Shown here in pieces: positions 10,336-19,679 of a stretch of 64,000 bases of DNA. The notes under the pieces are model-generated. The model worked only from the letters and a program-made list of their open reading frames with translations. It was not told the origin of the DNA and did not search any database. The stretch lies in assembly GCA_963700285.1 (NCBI GenBank), contig CAVOXA010000010.1, positions 256,001-320,000 on the forward strand, given 5' to 3'. The position numbers were made by a program, and so were the translations under genes. Numbering within the stretch: the first letter of the stretch is position 1; each line of letters starts with the position of its first letter. This DNA comes from an uncultured Chloroflexia bacterium (GTDB taxonomy: Bacteria > Chloroflexota > Anaerolineae > JAAYZQ01).

Positions 10336-10597
10336 TGGGTTTCCTCCGTTGTGTTGTTGGGTTCCAAAAGTTCGTGGCCGTTATTATAACCGTTTAGCGG
10401 GCCGGAGGACAAGTTGGAGAGGGGGGAGTGAAGCGTGGAGAACTGAGGGCCTTCGGCTTCGCTCAGGGCGGGCGGCCCGGGGAGGGCATGGCAAGGCTCG
10501 GGCTGGCCGATAGAGAGATCTGGACAGGGACGAATGGCCGCGCGCGAGGCTTTGGCCCTGGGCGGCGGTGAGTGGATCTCGGGTTGTGTGAGTCAGG

Positions 10598-10855
10598 TTA
10601 CTCCTGGACGCGGTAGACGGTGTCGCCGGCACGCGCGCGGTCGGCAACGAGGATGCCTACCTGCTGTCCGGCAAAGCCCTCGTTGATGAAGCGTTTGTTG
10701 AGTTGCATGGAGGTGACACACTGTTCAAAGTCGGTGGTGGTGCCCAGAAAGTGGACGCGATCGTCCATCTTGAGGGTAGCGGTCAGTTCCACGCCCGCGA
10801 CGCCCAGGCGGGTCCAGTAGTGGATCACGGTACCAATGGGCTGCAATTCGGCCAT
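10598..10855 (-). CDS. Small translation-factor beta-barrel-like protein
   Basis: IGTVIHYW..LGVA...T.FEQ.V.SMQ...GQQVGI...R.GD.VY; GGAGG RBS. Confidence 0.7.
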   Translation of the reverse strand: MAELQPIGTVIHYWTRLGVAGVELTATLKMDDRVHFLGTTTDFEQCVTSMQLNKRFINEGFAGQQVGILVADRARAGDTVYRVQE

Positions 10856-11072
10856 CGCTACCTCCCTTCGTCACCGGCAGGAATCCTCACGCCTGCGGGC
10901 TTTACATGGCAGCATCCACATATCGCTAGCTTCGATCCAGTGCCAACATTATACCCCAAAGCCGGCCAGGCTGCAAGGGCCGTCCCCGGCGCTGCTAGGG
11001 CTGCTGCAAAGTCGTCATCGCGAGTGCTCCATGGCACAGGGCGCCACTCTAATAGGAATGACACCTGACCTC

Positions 11073-11305
11073 GTCATTGCGAGCGGAGGCGCTTTTTGCC
11101 GGAGCGAAAGCAATCCCCAACTACACAAGTGGAGACTGTCACCGCGAGGCCTCGTGGCGGTGCCTCGGCCCAAACGGCGGGCCTCGCAGTGACAGGATCG
11201 GTGTCATTAGTAGCGTCAGCGCCTGTACCGAGCCTGCCGAGGGAAAGCGATCTCCACTTGTGCCCTGGGGATTGCCACGGCGCAAACAGCGCGCCTCGCA
11301 ATGAC
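11073..11305. repeat. Nested palindromic element (GTCATTGCGAG...CTCGCAATGAC)
   Basis: 11-bp terminal inverted repeat; internal hairpin ctgtcaccgcgaggcc/ggcctcgcagtgacag; GAAAGCAATC motifs. Confidence 0.75.
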
Positions 11306-11564
11306 AGTCCTGGCAGGCAGTGCATGTCAAGAGATAACGCAACAGCCCTGCCGGTGCTGCCACGGAGGATGCTGAGAAAAGCGTAACATCTGTCTCACCC
11401 TGTGTTCTCCGTCCCGGTGGTAGAGAACCGTGGTAAGAAGCGAGGGCGCCGTCCCGGCGCTGATTTCGGTTGAGGTCCAAATGATGGTATACTGGGAGCG
11501 GCCTGGATGAACCGCGCCGGTCTTTGGGCGGTTGGCGTGCAGGATCAGGTGACAAGGAGCCAAC

Positions 11565-12503
11565 ATGGATATACGAGCGAGCGTGCAAAAGATCACCGAA
11601 AACGTGATGCAGGTGATCGTGGGCAAGGAAGACGTCATCGAGCTATGCCTGGTGGCGCTGCTGTGCGAAGGACACATCTTGCTGGAGGACGTTCCGGGCA
11701 TCGGGAAAACGACGCTGGCCAAGGCCATTGCCCGCAGCCTGGGCTGCAGCTTTAGGCGGATCCAGTTCACACCCGACCTGTTGCCTGGCGACGTGACGGG
11801 CATTCTCTATTTCAATCAGAAGGAACAGGAGTTCGAGTTCCGGCCAGGGCCTATCATGGCCCAGGTGGTGCTGGCCGACGAGATCAACCGGGCCACTCCC
11901 CGGACCCAGAGTTCCCTGCTAGAGGCCATGCAGGAACAGCAGGTGACAGTAGACGTGGAAACGATGAGACTGCCCCGCCCCTTCCTGGTACTGGCCACTC
12001 AGAACCCCATCGAGCTGGAGGGAACCTTTCCCCTGCCGGAGGCACAGGTGGACCGGTTCTTGCTCCGGATCGCCCTGGGCTACCCCAACGAGGAAGATGA
12101 AAACGAGATCCTGCTGCGCTATGAGCGGCAGGACCCACTGGAGGCGCTGGAGCCGGTGCTCCAGGCGGAAGAGCTACTGGCCATGCAGCAATACATACGG
12201 ACCGTGCGGGTCGAAGATTCGGTGCGGGAGTATATCGTCAAGGTAGTTCGGGCTACGCGGGAGCACGACGGGGTGGAGCTGGGCGTGAGTCCGCGGGGTA
12301 CGATGGCCCTGTACAGGACGTCGCAGGCGCTGGCCGCTATCCGGGGCCGCGAGTTTGTGATCCCCGACGACGTCAAGCAATTGGCACCAGCGGTCCTGAC
12401 CCACCGCATCATCATCAGTCCCCAGACGCGCCTCAGGGGCCGGCGGCCGGAGGAGGTCGTGATGGAGGTCGTCAATACGGTACCGGTGCCGGTGGAGGAC
12501 TGA
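11565..12503 (+). CDS. moxR: MoxR-family AAA+ ATPase
   Basis: EDVPGIGKT, RIQFTPDLLP, ADEINRA and ATQNPIE motifs. Confidence 0.95.
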   Translation: MDIRASVQKITENVMQVIVGKEDVIELCLVALLCEGHILLEDVPGIGKTTLAKAIARSLGCSFRRIQFTPDLLPGDVTGILYFNQKEQEFEFRPGPIMAQVVLADEINRATPRTQSSLLEAMQEQQVTVDVETMRLPRPFLVLATQNPIELEGTFPLPEAQVDRFLLRIALGYPNEEDENEILLRYERQDPLEALEPVLQAEELLAMQQYIRTVRVEDSVREYIVKVVRATREHDGVELGVSPRGTMALYRTSQALAAIRGREFVIPDDVKQLAPAVLTHRIIISPQTRLRGRRPEEVVMEVVNTVPVPVED

Positions 12504-12538
12504 GAATCGACTCAAAGGGGATTCTCAGATATCAGCAG

Positions 12539-12886
12539 TCACTCAAAATGCTCCAGAAAAGCCAGTACCTCCTGGAGCACCTGTTCCTGGGTCAGCCCAT
12601 CGGTAGGCAGGTAGAGATCGCAGTGGGCGCGAGCGTGGCGCAGCCGATGATGTTCCTCGTCCAGGTAGTCCTGGTCCCAGCCAACGCCCGACCGGCCTCG
12701 CTTCCAGGCCTCGGCCAGGGTGACATCCAGGTAGACGAGCACGTCTGGCGGGTTGAGCCGCTGCCACATGTCGGGCACGTAGGAATGGTCCTGAGCAGCC
12801 GAGTGGGCATCGCAGCCCACGGCCCGCAGCTTGGCTACCAGCACGCTCTTGCCGGAAGCGCAAGGCCCCACCACTTTGATACGCAT
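12539..12886 (-). CDS. Small P-loop kinase-like hypothetical protein
   Basis: VVGPCASGKS Walker A at the N-terminus; PDVLVYLD. Confidence 0.7.
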   Translation of the reverse strand: MRIKVVGPCASGKSVLVAKLRAVGCDAHSAAQDHSYVPDMWQRLNPPDVLVYLDVTLAEAWKRGRSGVGWDQDYLDEEHHRLRHARAHCDLYLPTDGLTQEQVLQEVLAFLEHFE

Positions 12887-12998
12887 GGTCCCCCAACCTG
12901 CGAATTGACTCAAGCAGGCCTGCCGGCCTGTTGAGTTTTGGTCCGCGGGCGCCCCTTCCGTTCAGGTGGGCCGCAGGTCCAAGTCCATGGCTGCCAGC

Positions 12999-13733
12999 TC
13001 AGATAGGCAAGCGCACCGACAGGCGACGCACATCGTCGGGCTGCCGGCGGGCCACAACCGAAACGACGACGACCGTCACGTCGTCCCCGGGACGGCCGCG
13101 ATCCAGCTCGACGGCGCGGGCCAGCAACGCGTCGGCCAGAGAGCGGGCATGGCCGACGGCGGGGCGGCCCTGCAACTGGCAGCGTACGAAATCTACCACG
13201 TCGAGGCGTTCCATGTAGCGGATTCCGGCCGACAGCACGCCATCGGTAAACACGACGACGTCCAGATCGGGCACGATGGGCAGTTCGTCAATGACGGGCC
13301 GGGTCCGGGCATGGATGCCGATGGCCTTGCTGGGCTCGTCCAGCACGCGCACCTCGCCCTCCGCGCCATGGGCGAGCAGTACCGGGCAGTGGCTGTTGCG
13401 CGAGACGACGATAGTTCGGGTCACCAGGTCCAGGGAGAGGATGTTGAGGGTGGCCGATACCTGCCCACCGCGCAGCGTGCGCAAATAGTCGTGCGCGGCG
13501 CGGGCTGCGGCTCCATCTCGAACCCCGTCAGCCAGAAGGGACACTGCTTTTCGCGCGACGATGTTGCTGATGGCCTTGGCGGATTTGCCGCTGCGCTGGC
13601 CGTCAACGACAACCAGCGACAGACCGCCGTGGGGCCGCTCGATCAGTTCCACACTGTCGCCGCTCTCGCTGACGGCGTATTTGCTGACCTTGGCCACGGC
13701 CACTTCAACCTCGAGTTTGGGGACAAGATCCAT
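12999..13733 (-). CDS. PP2C/SpoIIE-family phosphatase
   Basis: ESGD, VDGQ, FTDG and DDVT motifs. Confidence 0.85.
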   Translation of the reverse strand: MDLVPKLEVEVAVAKVSKYAVSESGDSVELIERPHGGLSLVVVDGQRSGKSAKAISNIVARKAVSLLADGVRDGAAARAAHDYLRTLRGGQVSATLNILSLDLVTRTIVVSRNSHCPVLLAHGAEGEVRVLDEPSKAIGIHARTRPVIDELPIVPDLDVVVFTDGVLSAGIRYMERLDVVDFVRCQLQGRPAVGHARSLADALLARAVELDRGRPGDDVTVVVVSVVARRQPDDVRRLSVRLPI

Positions 13734-13875
13734 GGCTGCCGGCACGTCTCCTGTTCTCGAATGGTAGAAAACTCGCTGAGATGCCGCCATTATACCGTAT
13801 CTGGGTCCAGGAAGCAAGCGCCGGTTGGGAGGGGCGGCGTGACGCCTGGACCGGCAGGTAGAGACGCCGCAGATG

Positions 13876-13903
13876 TGTCATTCCAGCGAAGGCGGGAATC
13901 CAC
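13876..13903. repeat. REP-like hairpin GTCATTCC.GCGAAGGCGGGAATCCA
   Basis: attccagc-gaag-gcgggaat stem. Confidence 0.55.
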
Positions 13904-13991
13904 TCCCGGCGAGCCACAGCATCCCTGAGATAGGGATTCGGACCGGTACAGTACTGTCTCCAGCCATCTGCCATGGCCCCGTCAATGCTTG

Positions 13992-14142
13992 AGGGTTGTT
14001 GCAGAGTACCTTGACCGGGCGATCCTCCCGCAGGATTGCGCTGACTGCTGCCCTGCTACTGGGTGATTCTGCTAGGATCTGGTGGTGCACTACATGCCAG
14101 AATCCTGCGGGAGGATGCCGAGCGCGACTGTGCAACAACCCT
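13992..14142. mobile_element. MITE-like element
   Basis: Terminal IRs AGGGTTGTTGCA(G/C)AGT match at 15 of 16 positions; perfect internal 16-bp IR at 14022-14037 / 14101-14116; no ORF. Confidence 0.55.
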
Positions 14143-14332
14143 GGTCGATGCTAGCAGGAGGATTGCTGACCTATCCGGGCCGTGGTATAATGGCTAGCTA
14201 TTCGGCGGTTTGAGCGATAGTTCTTGGCGCTCCAGGAGCGCGCTGAAAACGCGCATGATGAACCTGGCCCTGCGCCATGAGGCCTGTATGCGACCGAGCA
14301 GGGTACACGGTCTGGAAAAGGAATTGTAGGGT

Positions 14333-15586
14333 ATGGATCGGAAACGATGGATCCTCATTGCAGTTGCACTTGTAGCGGCTTGCCTGTGCGTCGCCGTCGT
14401 GGCAGGTGTGTTACTGGTGCAGAACGTTCCTGGCGCTGCCCGGTTGGTCCATGGGGACCCGGCCAGCCCGACGGCGGGGCCCACGATGCGAGCGACCTTT
14501 ACCCCACTGGTCCCCATCGCGACCTTGACCCTACCCGCTCTGCCAACGCCCACGGTCACGCCCAGTTCGACGCCAAGCGCAATGCCAAGCCCTACCGCGC
14601 TTCCCGGTGATACCGCAACCAGCGCCCCCCCGGCCGAGGCAGCCACGGAGGCGCCCTCCGCCACGCCCACCCTGGGACCACCAACCGCTACCCCTGTACC
14701 GGCGACGGTGCCGCCCACAGCGCCGCCCACGGCCGCGCCGCGGACGCAGTGGATCACTTTTGAGACCGAGCGGGGGGAATTGGGCGACTATGAAGTGTTC
14801 GTCATGGCGACCGACGGCTCGCGCGTGAGCAACTTGAGCCATTCCTGGGCCGACGATGTCGCCCCGGTCTGGTCGCCAGATGGCCGGCGCATTGCCTTCG
14901 TCTCCTTCCGGGATACCTTGGCCGGACGGTGGGACATGGGGCCTGGCTCGATCTGCGTGATGGATTTTGATCCTGTTTCCGGTGTGGGCGGGGGCAATGT
15001 GCGATGCCTGACGGACAAGGAGGGCAAGGATGGATGGCCAACCTGGTCGCCGGACGGGGGGCGCATCGCCTTTGAGAGCGACCGCAGCGGCAATTGGGAC
15101 ATCTGGGTGATGAACGCCGACGGCTCCGGGCTGGCCAATCTGAGCCGCAGCCCCGAGGACGAAGTGTACCCCGCCTGGTCACCCGACGGCAAAAAGATCG
15201 CCTTCACGTCCAAGCGGAGTGGGAACCTGGACGTCTGGGTGATGAACAGCGACGGCACCGGGCCGGTGAACCTGAGCAAGAACCCCAAACGGGACCGATA
15301 TGCGATGTGGTCGCCCGACGGCACCAAGATCGCGTTCAATACGGCGCGGGATGGGGATCAGGAGATCTATGTCATGAACGCCGACGGGTCGAACCAGACC
15401 AACGTCTCGCGCGCTCCCAAGAGCGTCGAAGGTCTGGCCGACTGGTCACCAGATGGCAAGCGCATGGTACTCTATAGCGACCGTTCCGGCAACAAGGAGA
15501 TCTTTGTCGTAGATCTGGCTTCCAACCAGTGGACCAACATCACCAACAATCCCGCCAGTGACGAGTTCTGCACCTGGTCGCCCTGA
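14333..15586 (+). CDS. Membrane-anchored TolB-like (PD40 repeat) protein with a Pro/Thr linker
   Basis: N-terminal hydrophobic anchor, PT-rich region, repeated WSPDG..IAF; upstream TTGCTG-17-TATAAT. Confidence 0.9.
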   Translation: MDRKRWILIAVALVAACLCVAVVAGVLLVQNVPGAARLVHGDPASPTAGPTMRATFTPLVPIATLTLPALPTPTVTPSSTPSAMPSPTALPGDTATSAPPAEAATEAPSATPTLGPPTATPVPATVPPTAPPTAAPRTQWITFETERGELGDYEVFVMATDGSRVSNLSHSWADDVAPVWSPDGRRIAFVSFRDTLAGRWDMGPGSICVMDFDPVSGVGGGNVRCLTDKEGKDGWPTWSPDGGRIAFESDRSGNWDIWVMNADGSGLANLSRSPEDEVYPAWSPDGKKIAFTSKRSGNLDVWVMNSDGTGPVNLSKNPKRDRYAMWSPDGTKIAFNTARDGDQEIYVMNADGSNQTNVSRAPKSVEGLADWSPDGKRMVLYSDRSGNKEIFVVDLASNQWTNITNNPASDEFCTWSP

Positions 15587-15640
15587 GGGAGAGTCTCTCT
15601 CGTACCCTTCCCGGCAAGCAGGGCCCCGCATGACGAGCGG

Positions 15641-16780
15641 CTAGCCGCTGCCGGCCAGCAGGGCGAGAACCACGCCGCCGGCCATGACCGAACCGATCTG
15701 GCCCGCCGTGTTGGCCCCCATGGCGTGCATCAGCAGAAAATTGGAAGGGTCTTCCTCCAGCGCGACGCGGTGCACCACACGGGCCGACATGGGGAAGGCG
15801 CTGATGCCTGCGGCGCCAATGAGGGGGTTGAACTTGTTGCCGCTAAAGATGCGCATGAGCTGGCCAAAGAGCACACCTCCAGCCGTGTCCAGAACAAAGG
15901 CCACGACGCCCATGGCCAGGATGCCAATCGTCCTCCAGTTGAGGAATTGCTCGGCCGTCATCGTAGCGCCGATGGCCAATCCGAGAAAGATGGTGACCAC
16001 GTTGGCCAGCTCGTTCTGGGCAGCCTTGCTGAGGCGCTCGACGACCAGCGCCTCACGCAGCAGATTGCCAAACATCAACATGCCGATGAGGGGCACGGCC
16101 AGGGGTACAAGCGCCCCGGCTATCAGGGTCACAACGATGGGAAAGAGGACGCGCGTCAGCCTGGACACCGGCTGTGAAGTGTAGGGCATCCGGATGCGTC
16201 GCTGTTCTTTGGTGGTCAGCGCGCGCATGACGGGTGGCTGGATGACAGGCACCAGCGACATGTAGGAATAGGCCGCCACGGCGATGGGGCCCAACAAGTG
16301 GGGCGCCAGTTTTCCGGCCACATAGATGCTGGTCGGGCCATCGGCCGAGCCGATAATTCCAATGGAAGCTGCTTCGTTTATGTCAAATCCAAGGAGCGTG
16401 GCCAGCAGCAAAGTGCCAAAGATGCCGAACTGGCCGGCGGCGCCCAGAAAGGCCATCTTTGGATTCTCTAGCAAGGGCCCAAAATCGGTCATGGCTCCCA
16501 CGCCGACAAAGATCAGCAGGGGGAACAGCTCGGTGAGGATCCCTGCCCTGTAGAGGATGTCGAGAAGGCCGTCGTGCTCGCCAATGCCCATGCCGGTCAG
16601 CGGGATGTTGGCCAGGATGCAGGAGAATCCGATGGGCAGCAACAACACCGGCTCGTATTCTTTGGCAATGGCCAGGTAAATCAACACCCCGCCCACAGCC
16701 ATCATTACCAGGCGGCCCGGCTCGCTGAACAGTGTGCCCAGCCCTGCGGTCAGCACATCAAAAACGGTCGCCCAATCCAT
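15641..16780 (-). CDS. oadB: Na+-translocating decarboxylase beta subunit
   Basis: EP.LLLPIGF, GAMTDFGP, IG.ADGPT, AYSYM and SAFPMSAR motifs. Confidence 0.95.
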   Translation of the reverse strand: MDWATVFDVLTAGLGTLFSEPGRLVMMAVGGVLIYLAIAKEYEPVLLLPIGFSCILANIPLTGMGIGEHDGLLDILYRAGILTELFPLLIFVGVGAMTDFGPLLENPKMAFLGAAGQFGIFGTLLLATLLGFDINEAASIGIIGSADGPTSIYVAGKLAPHLLGPIAVAAYSYMSLVPVIQPPVMRALTTKEQRRIRMPYTSQPVSRLTRVLFPIVVTLIAGALVPLAVPLIGMLMFGNLLREALVVERLSKAAQNELANVVTIFLGLAIGATMTAEQFLNWRTIGILAMGVVAFVLDTAGGVLFGQLMRIFSGNKFNPLIGAAGISAFPMSARVVHRVALEEDPSNFLLMHAMGANTAGQIGSVMAGGVVLALLAGSG

Positions 16781-16792
16781 GGACCTGGCCTC

Positions 16793-17227
16793 CTATTCCA
16801 CAACAAACAAGAGGTCGCCATAGTCGACGGTCTGCCCGTCGTGGACCTGGACCTGGCGTACGATGCCGGCATGGAGGGAGCGAATGGGACTCTTCATCTT
16901 CATCGCTTCCAGAGCACAAAGGACCTGGCCCGGCTGCACCTGGTCGCCGATCTGGACGGCGATGTCGAGGATCGTGCCAGGCATTGGGGCCGTCACCTGG
17001 AATGATCCGGCCTCGGCACTGGAGACCGAAGCCTGGTCAGAAAGGGCTGAAGGGACGCTGGCCTCTTCTACCGCTTGCAGGTCGACGCTGAAAGCCTCTC
17101 CATCGACAATGACCGTCAAGGGCGATTCCTTGGGGTCACCCACCTCTACGTTGTAGGACTTGGCGCCAATAGCGACGCGAAACCTTCTCACAGAGTTGTT
17201 CTCCCTTCCTCCAGATTGCTGGTCCAT
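16793..17227 (-). CDS. Biotin carboxyl carrier subunit
   Basis: APMPG and LEAMKM biotinylation motif. Confidence 0.95.
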   Translation of the reverse strand: MDQQSGGRENNSVRRFRVAIGAKSYNVEVGDPKESPLTVIVDGEAFSVDLQAVEEASVPSALSDQASVSSAEAGSFQVTAPMPGTILDIAVQIGDQVQPGQVLCALEAMKMKSPIRSLHAGIVRQVQVHDGQTVDYGDLLFVVE

Positions 17228-17332
17228 CGCTGGGTCATGGTCAGGCGCCGTGGGCCCAGGGACATCTGTCCATTGCTGTGCGAGCTACTCACGGCCCCGG
17301 TTGAGGCACTTTCACCAAGTGCGGGGCGTCTT

Positions 17333-17665
17333 CTATGGCCGACGGTCCAGCGCTTGGGCGCGATGGGATGCCTGCCAGGGGCTGGTCGTGTCTGGCCTGT
17401 GGGCCACATCCCAGGCGCCGGCAGCGTGGCTTTCGTTCTGAGCCCCGGCCCTGACGATGGCGGCCACCACGGCGGCCACCACGGCCCGTTCTTCCGACTC
17501 GTCCCCGGGCTCAGGCGCTTTGTCTTTGAAAGTGGATCGAGGGCGAAAAAGACGCCCCATCAGTAAGATGGCCAGCACGATCAACCCCAAGGCCAGGAAC
17601 ACAAGTCCCATGCCTATAACGGTGATGGCCAGGCCCTGGAGCACTGTATCCAAGTTCAAGATCAT
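17333..17665 (-). CDS. oadG: OadG/MmdD-family decarboxylase subunit
   Basis: GL.ITVIGMGLVFL.L transmembrane segment, VAAVVAAI and SPW motifs. Confidence 0.85.
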   Translation of the reverse strand: MILNLDTVLQGLAITVIGMGLVFLALGLIVLAILLMGRLFRPRSTFKDKAPEPGDESEERAVVAAVVAAIVRAGAQNESHAAGAWDVAHRPDTTSPWQASHRAQALDRRP

Positions 17666-17690
17666 GCCTCCGTACAAGAACCGGTAACAA

Positions 17691-17726
17691 ACCAAGTCGG
17701 ACTCCAGGCCTGGAGTCCGACTTGGT
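17691..17726. repeat. Perfect 36-bp palindrome
   Basis: ACCAAGTCGGACTCCAGGCCTGGAGTCCGACTTGGT equals its reverse complement. Confidence 0.9.
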
Positions 17727-17744
17727 AAGGCGTTGGCAAAACGA

Positions 17745-18249
17745 TCAGAAGTACATGTACTTGTTCCACACTTCGGGTGCGCTAGCCCCCTCCAGCAGCG
17801 TGAAGGCCAGGTAGCGGGGCCGGCGCGGCTGGCAGCGCAGCGGCATCCCCGCTTCGTCAGGCGTGCGGTTGCCTTTGCGGCGGTTGCATGGCCCACAGGC
17901 AGTAGCCACGTTCTCCCAGCGGGTCTCGCCCCCCCGAGAACGAGGCAGCACGTGATCGATGGTCAGACTGGGCCTTGCCTGGCTGGGCGCCGCAGTACTG
18001 ACAGGTATAGTGGTCGCGGGCCATGACGGTCCGGCGAGAGACAGGTAAGGAAATTCGTCGCGGGATGCGCACATAGTAGACGAGGCGAATGACGAGAGGC
18101 ACGGGCAAGGCAAGCTGTTCCGAGCGCAGCCAAGCCTCGGCCGCCTCCACAATCTCCGCCTTCTCCTTGAGAAGAAGAAGCACAGCGCGGCGCACTGAAA
18201 CCACGTTCAGCGGCTCGTAGGTTGCGTTCAGGACCAACACGTGGTTCAT
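17745..18249 (-). CDS. HNH endonuclease (frameshift near 17975)
   Basis: [20 protein letters not shown], then in another frame [24 protein letters not shown]. Confidence 0.9.
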
Positions 18250-18308
18250 GGTCCGCTCTTCTTTCCCTCCACCTCGACAGGGGGCAAGCCATCACCTAGC
18301 TCAACCAG

Positions 18309-18380
18309 TGGGCCCTGCAGGATTCGAACCTGCGACCAACCGGTTATGAGCCGGTCGCTCTGCCGCTGAGCTAAGGGCCC
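18309..18380 (-). tRNA. tRNA-Ile2 (CAT anticodon, lysidine type)
   Basis: GGGCCCTTAGCTCAGCGGCAGAGCGACCGGCTCATAACCGG...GTTCGAATCC...GGGCCCA; the acceptor stem is Ile2-like, not fMet-like. Confidence 0.85.
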
Positions 18381-18386
18381 GGCAGA

Positions 18387-18457
18387 CTCGGGGGCGAGGA
18401 TTCGAACCTCGATATAGGGTTCCAAAGACCCTTGTCCTGCCATTAGACGACCCCCGA
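18387..18457 (-). tRNA. tRNA-Gln (TTG)
   Basis: TCGGGGGTCGTCTAATGGCAGGACAAGGGTCTTTGGAACCCT...GTTCGAATCCTCGCCCCCGAG. Confidence 0.92.
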
Positions 18458-18473
18458 ACGTATGAGCGCAGCT

Positions 18474-18502
18474 ATTTTAGCACAAGTGTTATGAAACTGC
18501 AA
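18474..18502 (-). promoter_or_regulatory. Promoter of the tRNA operon
   Basis: Minus strand TTGCAG-17 nt-TAAAAT with extended TG. Confidence 0.6.
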
Positions 18503-18560
18503 GCGTACTCCCGCGCCGAGTAGGGACGATTGCCGAATCGTTGGTTTGCCGAATTGGGGC

Positions 18561-18589
18561 TTGACAAACCAGGCCATATCCTATATACT
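18561..18589 (+). promoter_or_regulatory. Promoter upstream of the first GntR gene
   Basis: TTGACA-17 nt-TATACT. Confidence 0.7.
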
Positions 18590-18737
18590 ATAGACAGCAG
18601 GCTATTTCTTATGGATCTTTCTGAGTTGAGGATCCATTGACTGGCCCAATCCGATCTGTTCGAGAGGCTCGAGTCCATCCACCCGCACGGAGGGGGTGGG
18701 TTACCCATGCAGGAGTGAGACAGGGAGAATGGGTTGA

Positions 18738-19442
18738 ATGAGCACTAGAGAATCTGCGCTGGCCGGGGTGGAGAGGATTCAGAGAGGGCCTCTGCGAGAG
18801 CAGGTTCAAGCCCAGGTCAAGGGCCTCATCCTGACCAACGGCCTGCAACCTGGCCAACCCATCGTCATCGACCGGCTGGCCAGTGAGCTTGGCGTTAGCC
18901 ACACACCAGTGCGCGAAGCCCTGGCTATGCTACAGCATGACGGCCTCGTACGGATGCGCCCATACGGGCACCCCAGGGTTACCGAGATCGAAATCTCCGA
19001 CGTACATGAAGTGTATGAGATGCGTATCGTGCTCGAGGGTTGGGCCATCAGGAGGGCCACGCCAGTATTGCCCGAAGGGGAACTCGATGAGATGGAAAGG
19101 ACATTGAATCGTGCCCGCCAGGATGCGGAACGCTCTCGGTTTGACTCTCATCTGGCATCGGACCTGGCAATACACGGGATGATCTTGGGCTCAAACGGGA
19201 ACAAACTCTTTGCTCGCCTGGCACAATTGGTCAGTGACCGGTCCGTTCGCATCCGATCCTTGGCCGAATCCATTGCACCCGCAAGGACGGTACTTTTAAT
19301 CGTCAGTGAGCATTTTGCGCTGTTGGAAGCACTGCGAACCCGCGATCCTGAGCTGGCCCACGCATCTCTCAACGCACACCTGGAGGCTGGGATGGTGCGA
19401 ACGATTGGTGCTTTGGAGGAGATCAGATCAAGTGATACCTGA
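18738..19442 (+). CDS. GntR-family (FCD) transcriptional regulator
   Basis: LA.ELGVS.TPVREAL HTH; FCD C-terminus. Confidence 0.95.
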   Translation: MSTRESALAGVERIQRGPLREQVQAQVKGLILTNGLQPGQPIVIDRLASELGVSHTPVREALAMLQHDGLVRMRPYGHPRVTEIEISDVHEVYEMRIVLEGWAIRRATPVLPEGELDEMERTLNRARQDAERSRFDSHLASDLAIHGMILGSNGNKLFARLAQLVSDRSVRIRSLAESIAPARTVLLIVSEHFALLEALRTRDPELAHASLNAHLEAGMVRTIGALEEIRSSDT

Positions 19443-19679
19443 ACATACCGGAGGGGAATCAGCAGACTGCGGCATCCCGGTGGCAGCTAGGGACTGGTCA
19501 AAGTACAAAGAAAAGGAGGTGACTTTTTCGGACAAACCACGACCGCGCCCAGAGGGTAGCGATGCCAAAGCAGGCAACCCAAGGTTCTAAGGAGGTGATG
19601 CGACTGGGCACTTGATCGTCTTCCATTAGCACAGATCGAAACAGATCCACCATTCACCATTGACGAGGAGGAAAGGAAA

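Noticed and set aside
14480-14745. Low-complexity repeat as a novel element
   Set aside because: It is an ordinary Pro/Thr/Ala linker of the TolB-like protein
18309-18380. tRNA-Met call for the CAT anticodon
   Set aside because: It lacks the initiator C1:A72 mismatch and the GGG/CCC anticodon stem; the GGGCCC acceptor fits Ile2 better, though elongator Met is not fully excluded
18309-18457. tRNA genes as the attachment site of the catabolic island
   Set aside because: The island lies on the 5' side of the tRNAs; I saw no integrase or duplicated tRNA 3' end in the window
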